Below, piece after piece: positions 16,082 to 24,000 of a DNA stretch of 24,000 bases (its first letter is position 1; every line of letters starts with the position of its first letter). The stretch is from Pedobacter sandarakinus. GTDB lineage: Bacteria > Bacteroidota > Bacteroidia > Sphingobacteriales > Sphingobacteriaceae. The position numbers were made by a program, and so were the translations under genes. Below the pieces are notes generated by a model. That model was not told the origin of the DNA, made no database searches, and saw nothing but the letters and a program-made list of their open reading frames with translations. The stretch spans positions 522,340 through 546,339 of the forward strand of contig NZ_JAPIVG010000004.1 of NCBI RefSeq assembly GCF_026240095.1, in the 5' to 3' direction.

Positions 16082-16286
16082 AATATATGAATGATTTAGT
16101 TCAACAATACCATATTAACGATGCCTAACCGTATTTGTTTCAAAAAAAACCACATGATTTTCACCAGAAATTAACTAACTTGGTGATAACTAGTTTTTTG
16201 TTAGCAAATAAACAATCTACGTTTAACATACATTTAATTTAAAGCCCTTATTTTTATAAAAACCTGATTATCATTAAGTAAACCCA

Positions 16287-16300
16287 ATATATATATATAT
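16287..16300. repeat. (AT)7 dinucleotide microsatellite overlapping the start codon of the YkuK-like gene
   Basis: atatatatatatat spans 16287-16300. The last AT plus G at 16301 forms the ATG at 16299-16301. Confidence 0.9.
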
Positions 16301-16772
16301 GGTCTGGAAAAAATTTAGTGGCGAAATCATTCAGTCTTCAATCCACGAAGAAATTGAAAAATCAATTGTTAGAGAAACCGAAAATGGATATAAGTTGAAA
16401 GTATGCATCGGAACCGATTCGCAGGTAAAAGGATTGGTAACTGATTTTGCAACGGTTATTGTATTGCTAAGAGAGCACCATGGCGGATTCATGTACATCC
16501 ATCAGGAAAAAAGCACTCAACAAGTTAGCATTAAGGAAAGAATGTTAGTTGAAGTGCAAAAATCAATTGAAACTGCTTATTCGATTTGCGATTTGCTTGA
16601 CCTGTACGATGTGGCGCTAGAAGTACACGCCGACATTAATACAAATCCATCTTTCAAATCGAACAAGGCATTGAACGATGCAATGGGTTATATTTTAAGT
16701 ATGGGCTTTATTTTTAAAGCCAAGCCCGAAGCTTTTGCAAGTTCAACTTGTGCAGATAAAATGGTGCACTAA
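16299..16772 (+). CDS. Ribonuclease H-like YkuK/DUF458 family protein
   Basis: 157 aa. The KLKVCIGTDSQ motif plus FATVIVLLREHHGGFMYIH and EVHADIN resemble the YkuK family, a predicted RNase H fold with acidic residues. Confidence 0.7.
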   Translation: MVWKKFSGEIIQSSIHEEIEKSIVRETENGYKLKVCIGTDSQVKGLVTDFATVIVLLREHHGGFMYIHQEKSTQQVSIKERMLVEVQKSIETAYSICDLLDLYDVALEVHADINTNPSFKSNKALNDAMGYILSMGFIFKAKPEAFASSTCADKMVH

Positions 16773-16819
16773 TATAGGATTACAGAAATTTAGAGTATCT
16801 TTATTCATATTTTTTATAG

Positions 16820-17350
16820 ATGAAAAAGATACTATTTCTATGTGTTGCTCTTTGCGCAGTTATTACCGGTTTTGCCCAAAAAAACGACCCCACTACGTTA
16901 ACTAAACTAGGCGACCAGTCACCTGATTTTTCTTTCGAAATTGAAAAAGGTAAAACGGTTAATCTATCCCAATTTAAGGGAAAACTAATATTGATTAATT
17001 TATTTGCCACATGGTGCCCACCATGCAATACAGAGCTTCCTTTAGTGCAAACACAAATTTGGGATAAGTATAAGGAGAATAACAATTTTGCTTTCTTTGT
17101 TTTTGGTCGCGAAGAAGGGTGGGATAAACTAATTCCTTACAAAACAAAAAAGGGATTTACATTTCCCATACTTCCTGATCTAAATAGAGAGGTCTTCGGC
17201 AAATTCGCAACCCAGTCTATCCCCAGAAACGTTTTAATAGATGAAACGGGCAAAATCATCTATCAATCCATCGGGTACGAACCAGCAGAGTTTAAATCCA
17301 TGGTAGCGCTGATCGATCAGAAATTAAAATCAATAGCGCAAACAAAATAA
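16820..17350 (+). CDS. TlpA/ResA-like periplasmic thiol:disulfide oxidoreductase (thioredoxin fold)
   Basis: Signal peptide MKKILFLCVALCAVITGFAQ. The thioredoxin active site is FATWCPPCNTELP. The overall AhpC/TSA-redoxin layout is present (GKLILINLFATWCPPC...FAFFVFGREE...SIPRNVLIDETGKIIY). Confidence 0.85.
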   Translation: MKKILFLCVALCAVITGFAQKNDPTTLTKLGDQSPDFSFEIEKGKTVNLSQFKGKLILINLFATWCPPCNTELPLVQTQIWDKYKENNNFAFFVFGREEGWDKLIPYKTKKGFTFPILPDLNREVFGKFATQSIPRNVLIDETGKIIYQSIGYEPAEFKSMVALIDQKLKSIAQTK

Positions 17351-17381
17351 TCATTATATCCTTATCTCTTAAATAGCATTC

Positions 17382-17849
17382 TTGAAAACTTACCGTTTAG
17401 AATTTACGCAAAAAATACCAGTTGATTTGGATACCGCATGGGAATTCTTCTCATCGCCGCTTAATTTGGCAGAGATTACGCCAACAGACATGACTTTTGA
17501 CGTGACTACGCCCAACATGGAAAATACCAAAATGTATCCAGGCTTAATCATTACCTACAAAGTATCGCCTTTACTGGGTATTAAGCTAGATTGGATGACG
17601 GAAATTACCCATGTAAAAGATCGATCCTATTTTATTGATGAGCAGCGATTCGGCCCGTTTGCCTTTTGGCACCACCAGCACCATTTTACTGAAATTGATG
17701 GTGGAGTTTTAATGCACGACATCTTACACTATGCAATAGGCTTCGGGCCAATAGGAAAGATTGCCAATGCCATCACCGTACACAAGAAAATTAATGAGAT
17801 TTTTAATTTCAGATACAAAAAAGTAGAAGAAATTTTCGGCAAATATTAA
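17382..17849 (+). CDS. SRPBCC superfamily (COG4276-like ligand-binding) protein
   Basis: 155 aa. The start codon at 17382 is a TTG, and no in-frame ATG lies near the N-terminus. The sequence (IPVDLDTAWEFFSSPLNLAEITP...FIDEQRFGPFAFWHHQHHF) matches my memory of the SRPBCC/COG4276 family. Confidence 0.65.
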   Translation: MKTYRLEFTQKIPVDLDTAWEFFSSPLNLAEITPTDMTFDVTTPNMENTKMYPGLIITYKVSPLLGIKLDWMTEITHVKDRSYFIDEQRFGPFAFWHHQHHFTEIDGGVLMHDILHYAIGFGPIGKIANAITVHKKINEIFNFRYKKVEEIFGKY

Positions 17850-17853
17850 TCGC

Positions 17854-18435
17854 TTACCAAGTTTTAGTTGATACCGGCGATTTAGCTTTCGCTATTGGCT
17901 TAACAGCATTATCAGTAGCCATATCCTTTTGAATGGTTTCGGCAAATTTAGTCACCTTTTGATAAGCACTTTCGTGAATATCTTTCCACTGTGCTGCCGT
18001 TAACTTATCTACCTCTTTTTCTAGTGGCGTGCCTACGTTTTTTGTAGGTACGAAGTTGCCATAACGATCTCTTTGGTAAGGAATAAAACTCATATCTGTT
18101 AGCCAGAACCTATATTTACCATTCCGCGATTCAAAGTTTAGCGAATACAGCAGCTCGCCACTAGGATGACCAACTACTAATACAGTTTTATCTATAATTA
18201 ATCGTCCGTTAGCCTGGACTGAAGAGTCGGTTTCACTAAGCACTTTGATGAGCTTTTTATTCTTGCTGAAGAAAGATTTAGCCCGACTAATTAGTGTTTG
18301 CTGACTCGCCTGAGGGCTCTCGACTACTTTATAAAAAATAAACTTACCATCATCGCCTTTATCAAACTGTTTCTGCTGCGCAAATAACTGCAGGGACAGC
18401 ATGAATAAGCCCAGGAAAATTATATGTTTCATCAT
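17854..18435 (-). CDS. Secreted DUF4468-like protein
   Basis: Signal peptide MMKHIIFLGLFMLSLQLFAQQ. The pattern FIFYKVVESPQASQQTLISRAKSFF...GRLIIDK...LYSLNFESRNGKYRFWLTDMSF resembles DUF4468 (TBP-like fold). The family assignment is from memory only. Confidence 0.5.
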   Translation of the reverse strand: MMKHIIFLGLFMLSLQLFAQQKQFDKGDDGKFIFYKVVESPQASQQTLISRAKSFFSKNKKLIKVLSETDSSVQANGRLIIDKTVLVVGHPSGELLYSLNFESRNGKYRFWLTDMSFIPYQRDRYGNFVPTKNVGTPLEKEVDKLTAAQWKDIHESAYQKVTKFAETIQKDMATDNAVKPIAKAKSPVSTKTW

Positions 18436-18461
18436 AAAGTTTAAAGTCAGTTTTAAAGTTA

Positions 18462-18493
18462 ATAAAAAGCCGCCAGTTTGTTGAGCTGGCAGC
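18462..18493 (-). terminator. Rho-independent terminator after the porin gene (end of the amt-porin transcript)
   Basis: On the minus strand, GCUGCCAG (plus 18486-18493) pairs with CUGGCGGC (plus 18469-18476) with one G-U. The loop is 9 nt. It is followed by TTTTTATT (plus A-rich 18462-18468). Confidence 0.65.
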
Positions 18494-18515
18494 TGGTAAA
18501 TCCAAGAACTAAATT

Positions 18516-19541
18516 TTAAAAAGCATAAACTGCTGCCAAAGAAAATTGACCTGCATTTGGTGCAGCCATTCCGCTCTCTTTCAAGAATGGCATATCTTTG
18601 TTATGATCCAATCTGATTTCAGGTATAAACGTTAAACCTCCTGATTTGATATTTGCAGTAAAGGTAACCGCAGTATAAGCTGTAGCAGGAACAACACCTG
18701 CCGCTTTAAAGTTAAAATATTCTCCTCTTAAACCTAATGTAACAGCATCTGCAACAGCAAATTGAGGGTACAAAGCAGCACCTGCATAACTTCCAGGGGT
18801 TGAACTGTCTTTAATATCGTAATTTGCTGCATTTAAGCCCAGTTTAAATTTTTCCGTAATCTGGTAAGAGGTTGTCAAATCCACAATGGTTCCGTAACCA
18901 CCGAAACCTGCGCCAGACAATGCATTAATATAGGCAGTCCAGCCTTCTACCGGAGATACCATCAATTGTCCGCCTACCGCAGATACACCTCTCGATGCGG
19001 TGTACACATTCCAGTCGTTAAACAATCCAGCCATTAGACTCACTTTATCTGAGAATTTGTAGGTTGCTTTAATTCCGGCATTCTGAAACGGCCCATTGGT
19101 AAATAAGTAAGAAGTAGAGTAGTTAAAATTTCCGACAGGAGAAATTACTTCATACCCGATAAAGGTACCCATGTATCCAGCAGTCATCGAAAACTGATCA
19201 CTAAAGTCGTAATTCACATACAAGTTTTGAATGTTAAAAGACGAACCGCCTGCAGCTGCATTAGGAATAGATTGGGATTGTCCTCTCGGACCAAATGATA
19301 GCTCACCAACAAATGATGCTTTACCTGTTTTCTTTTTCAAGGCAATGTCGATCATACCTAAAGACACCGAGTTGTGATCGGTAACAAAAGATGTTTTAGC
19401 ATTGCCAGGTTGTTTTGCAAAATCGTATTTAAAATAGGTATCAACGGAGCCAGAAATCTCAAGTGGAGATGTTGGAGTTTCTTGAGCTAGGGCACACGTA
19501 GTGCAGGCCATACTAAATATAGCAGTTAAAAATTTCTTCAT
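18516..19541 (-). CDS. Outer-membrane beta-barrel porin co-transcribed with amt
   Basis: Signal peptide MKKFLTAIFSMACTTCALAQE. Alternating hydrophobic and Gly/aromatic-rich strands run throughout. The C-terminal sequence LAAVYAF ends in Phe, an OMP beta-signal. It starts 37 bp after the amt stop on the same strand. Confidence 0.7.
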   Translation of the reverse strand: MKKFLTAIFSMACTTCALAQETPTSPLEISGSVDTYFKYDFAKQPGNAKTSFVTDHNSVSLGMIDIALKKKTGKASFVGELSFGPRGQSQSIPNAAAGGSSFNIQNLYVNYDFSDQFSMTAGYMGTFIGYEVISPVGNFNYSTSYLFTNGPFQNAGIKATYKFSDKVSLMAGLFNDWNVYTASRGVSAVGGQLMVSPVEGWTAYINALSGAGFGGYGTIVDLTTSYQITEKFKLGLNAANYDIKDSSTPGSYAGAALYPQFAVADAVTLGLRGEYFNFKAAGVVPATAYTAVTFTANIKSGGLTFIPEIRLDHNKDMPFLKESGMAAPNAGQFSLAAVYAF

Positions 19542-19578
19542 GTTTGAGCTAGTGGGGTTTAGATATTAATTAATTTGG

Positions 19579-20985
19579 TTAAGATAATGACTCTGTTAAA
19601 GGACTATTTTTCTCGATATAAACGGCTCTTTCTTCAACCAATAAAGTACCTTGAGAATATTTCTCGTTGTGTTGAGACTCATCAAGACCCATTTCTTCTT
19701 CCTCTTCAGATACGCGGATCGGTTGGATTAGGTTAATGAATTTGAAGATCACAAATGACACTACAAAGCTGAACAAGATTACTATAACAGCACCTTTTAA
19801 TTGTGTAAAGAAGAACTCCGGATTACCATAAAATAGGCCGTCAGCACCTAAGCTATTAACTGTTTTTGTAGCAAATACACCTGTTAAAATCATTCCCACA
19901 ATACCGCCAACACCATGACAAGGAAATACGTCTAATGTATCATCTAAACTTGTTTTTTGTTTCCATGAAACTACAAGGTTAGAAATTACAGCTGCAATTG
20001 CGCCAATAAAAATACTCGATGGAATGCTTACAAAACCCGCACCTGGGGTAATGGCTACCAAGCCAACAACAGCACCAATACAGAAACCTAATACCGATGG
20101 TTTCTTACCTCTTGCTACATCAAAAAACATCCACGATAAACCTGCGGCACCAGCTGCCGTATTGGTAGTTAAAAAAGCAGAAACTGCTAAACTACTTGCT
20201 CCTAGTGCCGAACCAGCATTAAAACCAAACCAACCGAACCAAAGTAACCCCGTGCCAATTAGCACATACGGAATGTTTGCAGGCGGCACTTCTTTATGCT
20301 CTAAGTGAGACTTTCTGCGTTTTAATACTAAGGCTCCAGCTAAAGCGGCCATACCTGCAGAGATGTGTACAACAGTACCACCAGCAAAATCTAGCACGCC
20401 CATTTTCAACAAGAATCCTTGTGGATGCCAGGTCCAGTGCGCCAATGGAGAGTAGACAAATACTGCAAAAAGTACAATAAATAGAATGTAAGAAGTAAAA
20501 CGAATACGCTCTGCCACTGCACCTACAACCAGCCCTGGCGTAATGATGGCAAACATTAATTGAAATACAGCAAATAGTGAAAGTGGAATAGTTAAGTCAG
20601 AACCGCCCTCTAAGTGTGGCGCACCAGAATTAACACCCTTAAAAAATAAAAATGTAGATGGGTTTCCAATAAAACCGCCAATGGTATCGCCAAATGCCAG
20701 GCTAAAGCCCACCACTGTCCAAAGTACGGTAATCACTCCAGCAGCAACAACACTTTTAATCATGGTTGATAGCACGTTCTTTCTATGTACCATACCGCCA
20801 TAGAAAAATGCCAAACCTGGAGTCATTAAAAACACCAATGCAGAAGCAATTAAAATAAAGGCCATATCGGGTCCGCTATATTTTCCTTCATCAAAATTTG
20901 GAAGCAAAGGAACAAATAGAGCGAGGATTGCGACAATCATTAAGATCGCAAAGGGCGCATACTGTTTAAAGGATAATCTACTCAT
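19579..20985 (-). CDS. amt: Ammonium transporter (Amt/MEP family)
   Basis: 468 aa with about 11 TM helices. Amt signatures are DFAGGTVVHISAGMAALAGALVL, GWFGFNAGS and VFPCHGVGGIVGMILTG. An acidic C-terminal cytoplasmic tail (SEEEEEMGLDESQHNEKY...) follows the core. Confidence 0.95.
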   Translation of the reverse strand: MSRLSFKQYAPFAILMIVAILALFVPLLPNFDEGKYSGPDMAFILIASALVFLMTPGLAFFYGGMVHRKNVLSTMIKSVVAAGVITVLWTVVGFSLAFGDTIGGFIGNPSTFLFFKGVNSGAPHLEGGSDLTIPLSLFAVFQLMFAIITPGLVVGAVAERIRFTSYILFIVLFAVFVYSPLAHWTWHPQGFLLKMGVLDFAGGTVVHISAGMAALAGALVLKRRKSHLEHKEVPPANIPYVLIGTGLLWFGWFGFNAGSALGASSLAVSAFLTTNTAAGAAGLSWMFFDVARGKKPSVLGFCIGAVVGLVAITPGAGFVSIPSSIFIGAIAAVISNLVVSWKQKTSLDDTLDVFPCHGVGGIVGMILTGVFATKTVNSLGADGLFYGNPEFFFTQLKGAVIVILFSFVVSFVIFKFINLIQPIRVSEEEEEMGLDESQHNEKYSQGTLLVEERAVYIEKNSPLTESLS

Positions 20986-21272
20986 AGTTTTTAGTTTAAT
21001 TTGTTTGTATTGTATAATTTCTAATATTTAGTAATATTTTTTTATAAAAATACGAGATATTGTACTTTTTACACTATAAACTAAAATTTTTCTAATGAAA
21101 TTGCGTAATTTTTGTAAAACACAACATATTTTGAAGCTGAAATTAACAATAATTCAAAAACGCAGGTATTTTTAACGCGGTTTTTAATAAATATTAAACT
21201 GTAAAAAAAGCGTAAATAACCATATTTATACTAAAAATCATTAGAAATGGACTTTGAAAACCTACATAAATC

Positions 21273-21301
21273 AAAAAACCTACAAAAAATTGTAGGTTTT
21301 T
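21273..21301 (-). terminator. Rho-independent terminator after the TIGR01212 radical SAM gene, with bidirectional architecture
   Basis: acctacaa (21278-21285) pairs with ttgtaggt (21290-21297). The hairpin is flanked by an A run on the left and a T run on the right. On the minus strand it is followed by TTTTTTGA. Confidence 0.75.
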
Positions 21302-21328
21302 AAGAAAATTTAAATAAAAGATTAGAAA

Positions 21329-22306
21329 CTACACAATGTATGAAGATCCCTGGACCACCCCGCGTTTTTCTATCTCTTTATCAATAAATGTTTGAATTGC
21401 CGATTTATTTAGCCCCCAATTAGGTGCAATAAGTAAATCCCAATCAGAAATTCCGAATAAACGTTGTATTACAATATCTGGTCGCAACAACGGAATCAAT
21501 TCACAAAGCAAATCGGTATATTCTTCCAGGGTAAAAAGCTTAAAGGGTTCCTTTTTATATTTTGCCCCCATGATCGATCCTTCAACAATATGTAAATGAT
21601 GGAATTTTACAAACTTAATTTGCGGAAACCGATTGATCTCATGAATGTAACCATACATTTGTTCCCTCGTTTCCCAAGGAAAGCCGAAAATAGTATGCAC
21701 ACATAAATCGAGCTTGCTATTTTTTAGCAGCTCAACCGCAGCTACAAACTCTTCGTGACTACATCCGCGGTTAATTTGCTCCAGGGTATCATTGTAAATC
21801 GATTCCATTCCCATCTCCAAATCAACATCAAAGCGATCTGTATAGCTTTCTAATAAGGCCACTTTTTCTGCATCAATACAATCTGGACGAGTGCCAACCG
21901 CAAAGCCCACAATATCTTCGGTATTTACAGAAAGTGCTTCATCATACATCATCTTTAAATAATGCGTAGGCGCATAGGTATTGGTATTAGGCTGGAAGTA
22001 AACGATATACTTATCGGCCTTGTAAGAATTCTTAGCCCTAAGCATCCCCTCCTCCAGTTGGTCTTTAATGTTCGGATTCTGCCTTGATGGTTCCGGCGTA
22101 AAAGAATCTACATTGCAATATGTACAACCGCCATAACCCTTACTCCCATCCCGGTTGGGGCAGGTAAATCCGCCATCAACAATTACCTTAAATACGCGTT
22201 GCCCGTTATATTTCTCACGGAGATGAATCCCATAAGCATTATATCCCTTTATTCCCGAATCTATTGCAGTTCCCATGTTTGCAAAGTTAACAAATTGATT
22301 GGCCAT
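21329..22306 (-). CDS. TIGR01212-family (YhcC-like) radical SAM protein
   Basis: 325 aa. GGFTCPNRDGSKGYGGCTYCN is the atypical cluster-binding region characteristic of TIGR01212. The rest is collinear with that family (YFQPNTNTYAP, GTRPDCI, LEMGMESIYNDTLEQINRG). Confidence 0.9.
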   Translation of the reverse strand: MANQFVNFANMGTAIDSGIKGYNAYGIHLREKYNGQRVFKVIVDGGFTCPNRDGSKGYGGCTYCNVDSFTPEPSRQNPNIKDQLEEGMLRAKNSYKADKYIVYFQPNTNTYAPTHYLKMMYDEALSVNTEDIVGFAVGTRPDCIDAEKVALLESYTDRFDVDLEMGMESIYNDTLEQINRGCSHEEFVAAVELLKNSKLDLCVHTIFGFPWETREQMYGYIHEINRFPQIKFVKFHHLHIVEGSIMGAKYKKEPFKLFTLEEYTDLLCELIPLLRPDIVIQRLFGISDWDLLIAPNWGLNKSAIQTFIDKEIEKRGVVQGSSYIV

Positions 22307-22374
22307 TTACGATTTTGATCGGTTACAGTCTGCCACGATATTAGGAAAGCAGTAACAGAAATACAATTAAAGTA

Positions 22375-22445
22375 TCATCCCTCCATTCGCTCATACGCCT
22401 TCAGGCCTTAGGCGCATGGCAGGTATCCGCTACTGTAGGGATTAG
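22375..22445. other. GC-rich structured intergenic element (possible REP-like element or small RNA). Unclassified.
   Basis: ATCCCT (22377-22382) can pair with AGGGAT (22437-22442). Inside these arms, CGCCT (22396-22400) pairs with AGGCG (22410-22414) around an AGGCCT palindrome. The local GC content is clearly above the AT-rich surroundings. Confidence 0.3.
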
Positions 22446-22534
22446 AGATGCGGTCTTGTGCTACCTATTAAAGTTAGCCAAGCCAATTGCCCAAAATTCC
22501 AGTAAATTCGTTAGGCAACACGAAACTCATAGGC

Positions 22535-22617
22535 AAAAAAAAGTATGGTAAAGCAACCATCTTAACTTTTTACTGCCTCAACTGACAGGCAAAAAGCACT
22601 TTTGGCTTTACCATACT
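22535..22617 (-). terminator. pgk terminator: 13-bp stem enclosing a 50-nt structured loop, followed by T8
   Basis: AGTATGGTAAAGC (22542-22554) pairs with GCTTTACCATACT (22605-22617). An inner TGCCT/AGGCA hairpin lies at 22574-22591. On the minus strand the stem is followed by 8 T (plus A run 22535-22542). It sits about 30 nt after the pgk stop. Confidence 0.6.
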
Positions 22618-22646
22618 GCTAATCGTGTTTTGTAAAACTTTTAGTT

Positions 22647-23840
22647 TTATTCGTTAATTGCCTTTACACCTGGCAACTCTTTTCCTTCCATATATTCTAA
22701 TAAGGCTCCACCACCGGTAGATACATAACTTACTTCCTCTTCCATTCCGAACTTCGCAACTGCTGCAGCTGAATCGCCACCGCCAATTAACGAGAAAGCC
22801 CCATTTTCTTTAGTAGCGGCCACCACTGCATCTGCAACAGCTTTGGTACCCACTTGGAAGCTTTCCATTTCAAAAACGCCCATCGGCCCATTCCATAACA
22901 GGGTTTTAGAGTTTTTTATAACCTCTTGAAATAGCTCAACAGATTTTGGACCAATATCCAACCCCATCCAATCTGCCGGGATCTGGCCCGATGCTACATC
23001 CTTTTTGTCTGCATCGTTAGCAAATTTATCTGCAATTACCGTATCTACAGGTAAAACCAGGTTTACGCCCTTTGCTTTAGCCTTTTCTAACAACTCTAGA
23101 GATAGTGCCTGTTTATCAGCTTCTAAAAGCGAAGTACCAATCTCACCGCCTTGTGCTTTCGCAAAAGTGTAAGCCATACCTCCACCAATAATCAAATTAT
23201 CAACTTTGTCTAACAATTTTTCAATTAACAAAATCTTATCAGATACTTTTGCACCCCCCATAATGGCTGTAAAAGGACGCTCTGCGTGATTCAATATCTT
23301 CTCTGCATTGGCAACTTCAGCAGCCATTAAATAACCAAAGTATTTTGCATCTGGAAAAAATTGTGCAATTACGGCGGTAGATGCATGTGCACGGTGTGCG
23401 GTTCCGAAAGCATCGTTCACATATACATCACCTAGTTTGGCAAGTTTTTCTGCAAAAGCCACATCGCCTTTCTCTTCTTCCTTATAAAAACGGAGGTTTT
23501 CCAGCAACAGGACATCTCCCGGAATCAGATTCTTTGCTTTTTCAACAGCACTTGTTCCGATACAATCGTCTGCAAACTTAACCTCAAGATCTAGCATACG
23601 CGACAAATCGCCCAAAATATGTTTAAGCGAATATTTATCTGTCGGACCATCTTTTGGTCTGCCCAGGTGCGACATTAAGATTACCGATCCACCATCATTT
23701 AATATTTTTGTAATGGTTGGTAGTGCGGCCCGCATTCTTTTATCGTCGGTGATTTTGAAATCATCATCCAATGGGACATTGAAATCTACCCTGATTAGTG
23801 CTTTTTTATCTTTAAAGTCTAACTGGTCAATTGTTTTCAT
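22647..23840 (-). CDS. pgk: Phosphoglycerate kinase
   Basis: 397 aa. The sequence is a canonical PGK ([19 protein letters not shown]-like [56 protein letters not shown]). Confidence 0.97.
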   Translation of the reverse strand: MKTIDQLDFKDKKALIRVDFNVPLDDDFKITDDKRMRAALPTITKILNDGGSVILMSHLGRPKDGPTDKYSLKHILGDLSRMLDLEVKFADDCIGTSAVEKAKNLIPGDVLLLENLRFYKEEEKGDVAFAEKLAKLGDVYVNDAFGTAHRAHASTAVIAQFFPDAKYFGYLMAAEVANAEKILNHAERPFTAIMGGAKVSDKILLIEKLLDKVDNLIIGGGMAYTFAKAQGGEIGTSLLEADKQALSLELLEKAKAKGVNLVLPVDTVIADKFANDADKKDVASGQIPADWMGLDIGPKSVELFQEVIKNSKTLLWNGPMGVFEMESFQVGTKAVADAVVAATKENGAFSLIGGGDSAAAVAKFGMEEEVSYVSTGGGALLEYMEGKELPGVKAINE

Positions 23841-23848
23841 GTTTATAA

Positions 23849-24000
23849 TTATTTAAGTTTTAGTTTCATTTCATAGTGGAAGCCAATACCCGGAATATCA
23901 AACTCGGGTGATTCATTAACGAATCCAATTTTTTTATAGAAGGGTGCAGCAACAGATCTGGCATTGCACCAAAGGTATTCGGTTTTGTAAGCACTTAGGT
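23849..24000 (-). CDS. GNAT-family N-acetyltransferase, C-terminal 49 codons only (N-terminus lies beyond the window)
   Basis: This gene is not in the ORF track because it has no in-window start. The minus-strand frame from 23998 reads [49 protein letters not shown] with stop TAA at 23851-23849. The A..FYKK.GF tail is typical of GNAT C-termini. The stop is 8 bp from the pgk ATG. Confidence 0.55.
   Translation of the reverse strand, partial: LSAYKTEYLWCNARSVAAPFYKKIGFVNESPEFDIPGIGFHYEMKLKLK

Noticed and set aside
16161-16186. TCACCA-N14-TGGTGA inverted repeat followed by TAGTTTTTTG upstream of the YkuK-like gene
   Set aside because: The stem is 6 bp and weak, and the T run is displaced from it. 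No upstream plus-strand gene needs a terminator here. The evidence is not enough for an operator call.
17847-17856. Convergent SRPBCC and DUF4468 stop codons only 4 bp apart with no hairpin between them
   Set aside because: Tight convergent ends are common. Termination may occur inside the opposing genes. Nothing further could be supported from the sequence.
20024-20480. Plus-strand ORFs 20024..20308 and 20277..20480
   Set aside because: They are antisense to the ammonium transporter gene.
21061-21073. TGTA-N5-TACA palindrome upstream of amt, considered as an NtcA/CRP-type site
   Set aside because: The spacing does not fit the known NtcA (N8) or CRP/FNR (N6 with TGTGA) consensus. The region is so AT-rich that such palindromes arise by chance.
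1-24000. Whole-window search for CRISPR repeats, IS or transposase or integrase genes, toxin-antitoxin pairs, restriction-modification genes or known defence-system genes
   Set aside because: I recognised none. There are no regularly spaced direct repeats, no terminal inverted repeats flanking genes, and no nuclease/helicase/methylase combinations typical of defence islands. The only helicase is a housekeeping-type DEAD-box protein.

Overview
The window reads as chromosomal core genome from an AT-rich Bacteroidota organism. The protein sequences look Sphingobacteriaceae or Pedobacter-like, but that is inference from family resemblance and nothing was searched. Coding density is high, with about 26 supportable CDS, including two partial genes at the window edges that the ORF track misses. 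I found no rRNA, tRNA, CRISPR array, transposase, integrase or recognisable phage or defence genes.

Clear housekeeping genes are clpC, ettA (ABC-F), pgk, amt, a DEAD-box RNA helicase, a TIGR01212-type radical SAM protein and a PA0069-type radical SAM protein. Accessory-looking genes include:
- a CAP/SCP lipoprotein
- a tandem-DUF4394 lipoprotein
- an SGNH hydrolase, a DUF1456 protein and a YkuK/DUF458 RNase-H-like protein
- a TlpA-like thioredoxin, an SRPBCC protein and a DUF4468 protein
- a porin co-oriented with amt

The best candidate for something undescribed lies at 7714-11515. An ECF sigma factor is translationally coupled to a small, TM-less anti-sigma factor with an RsrA-like zinc motif. 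This pair is divergent from a tightly packed DoxX - DinB - (NRDE/TANGO2-like::membrane hairpin::ATP-grasp ligase) operon. I read this as a possible thiol or electrophile-stress module built around an unusual hydrolase-ligase fusion. That reading is a hypothesis.

Lesser points are two structured or sparse intergenic regions (5036-6071 and 22307-22646), an (AT)7 tract overlapping a start codon, an amt-porin operon without glnK, and a DEFD variant helicase. Most of the window is ordinary.
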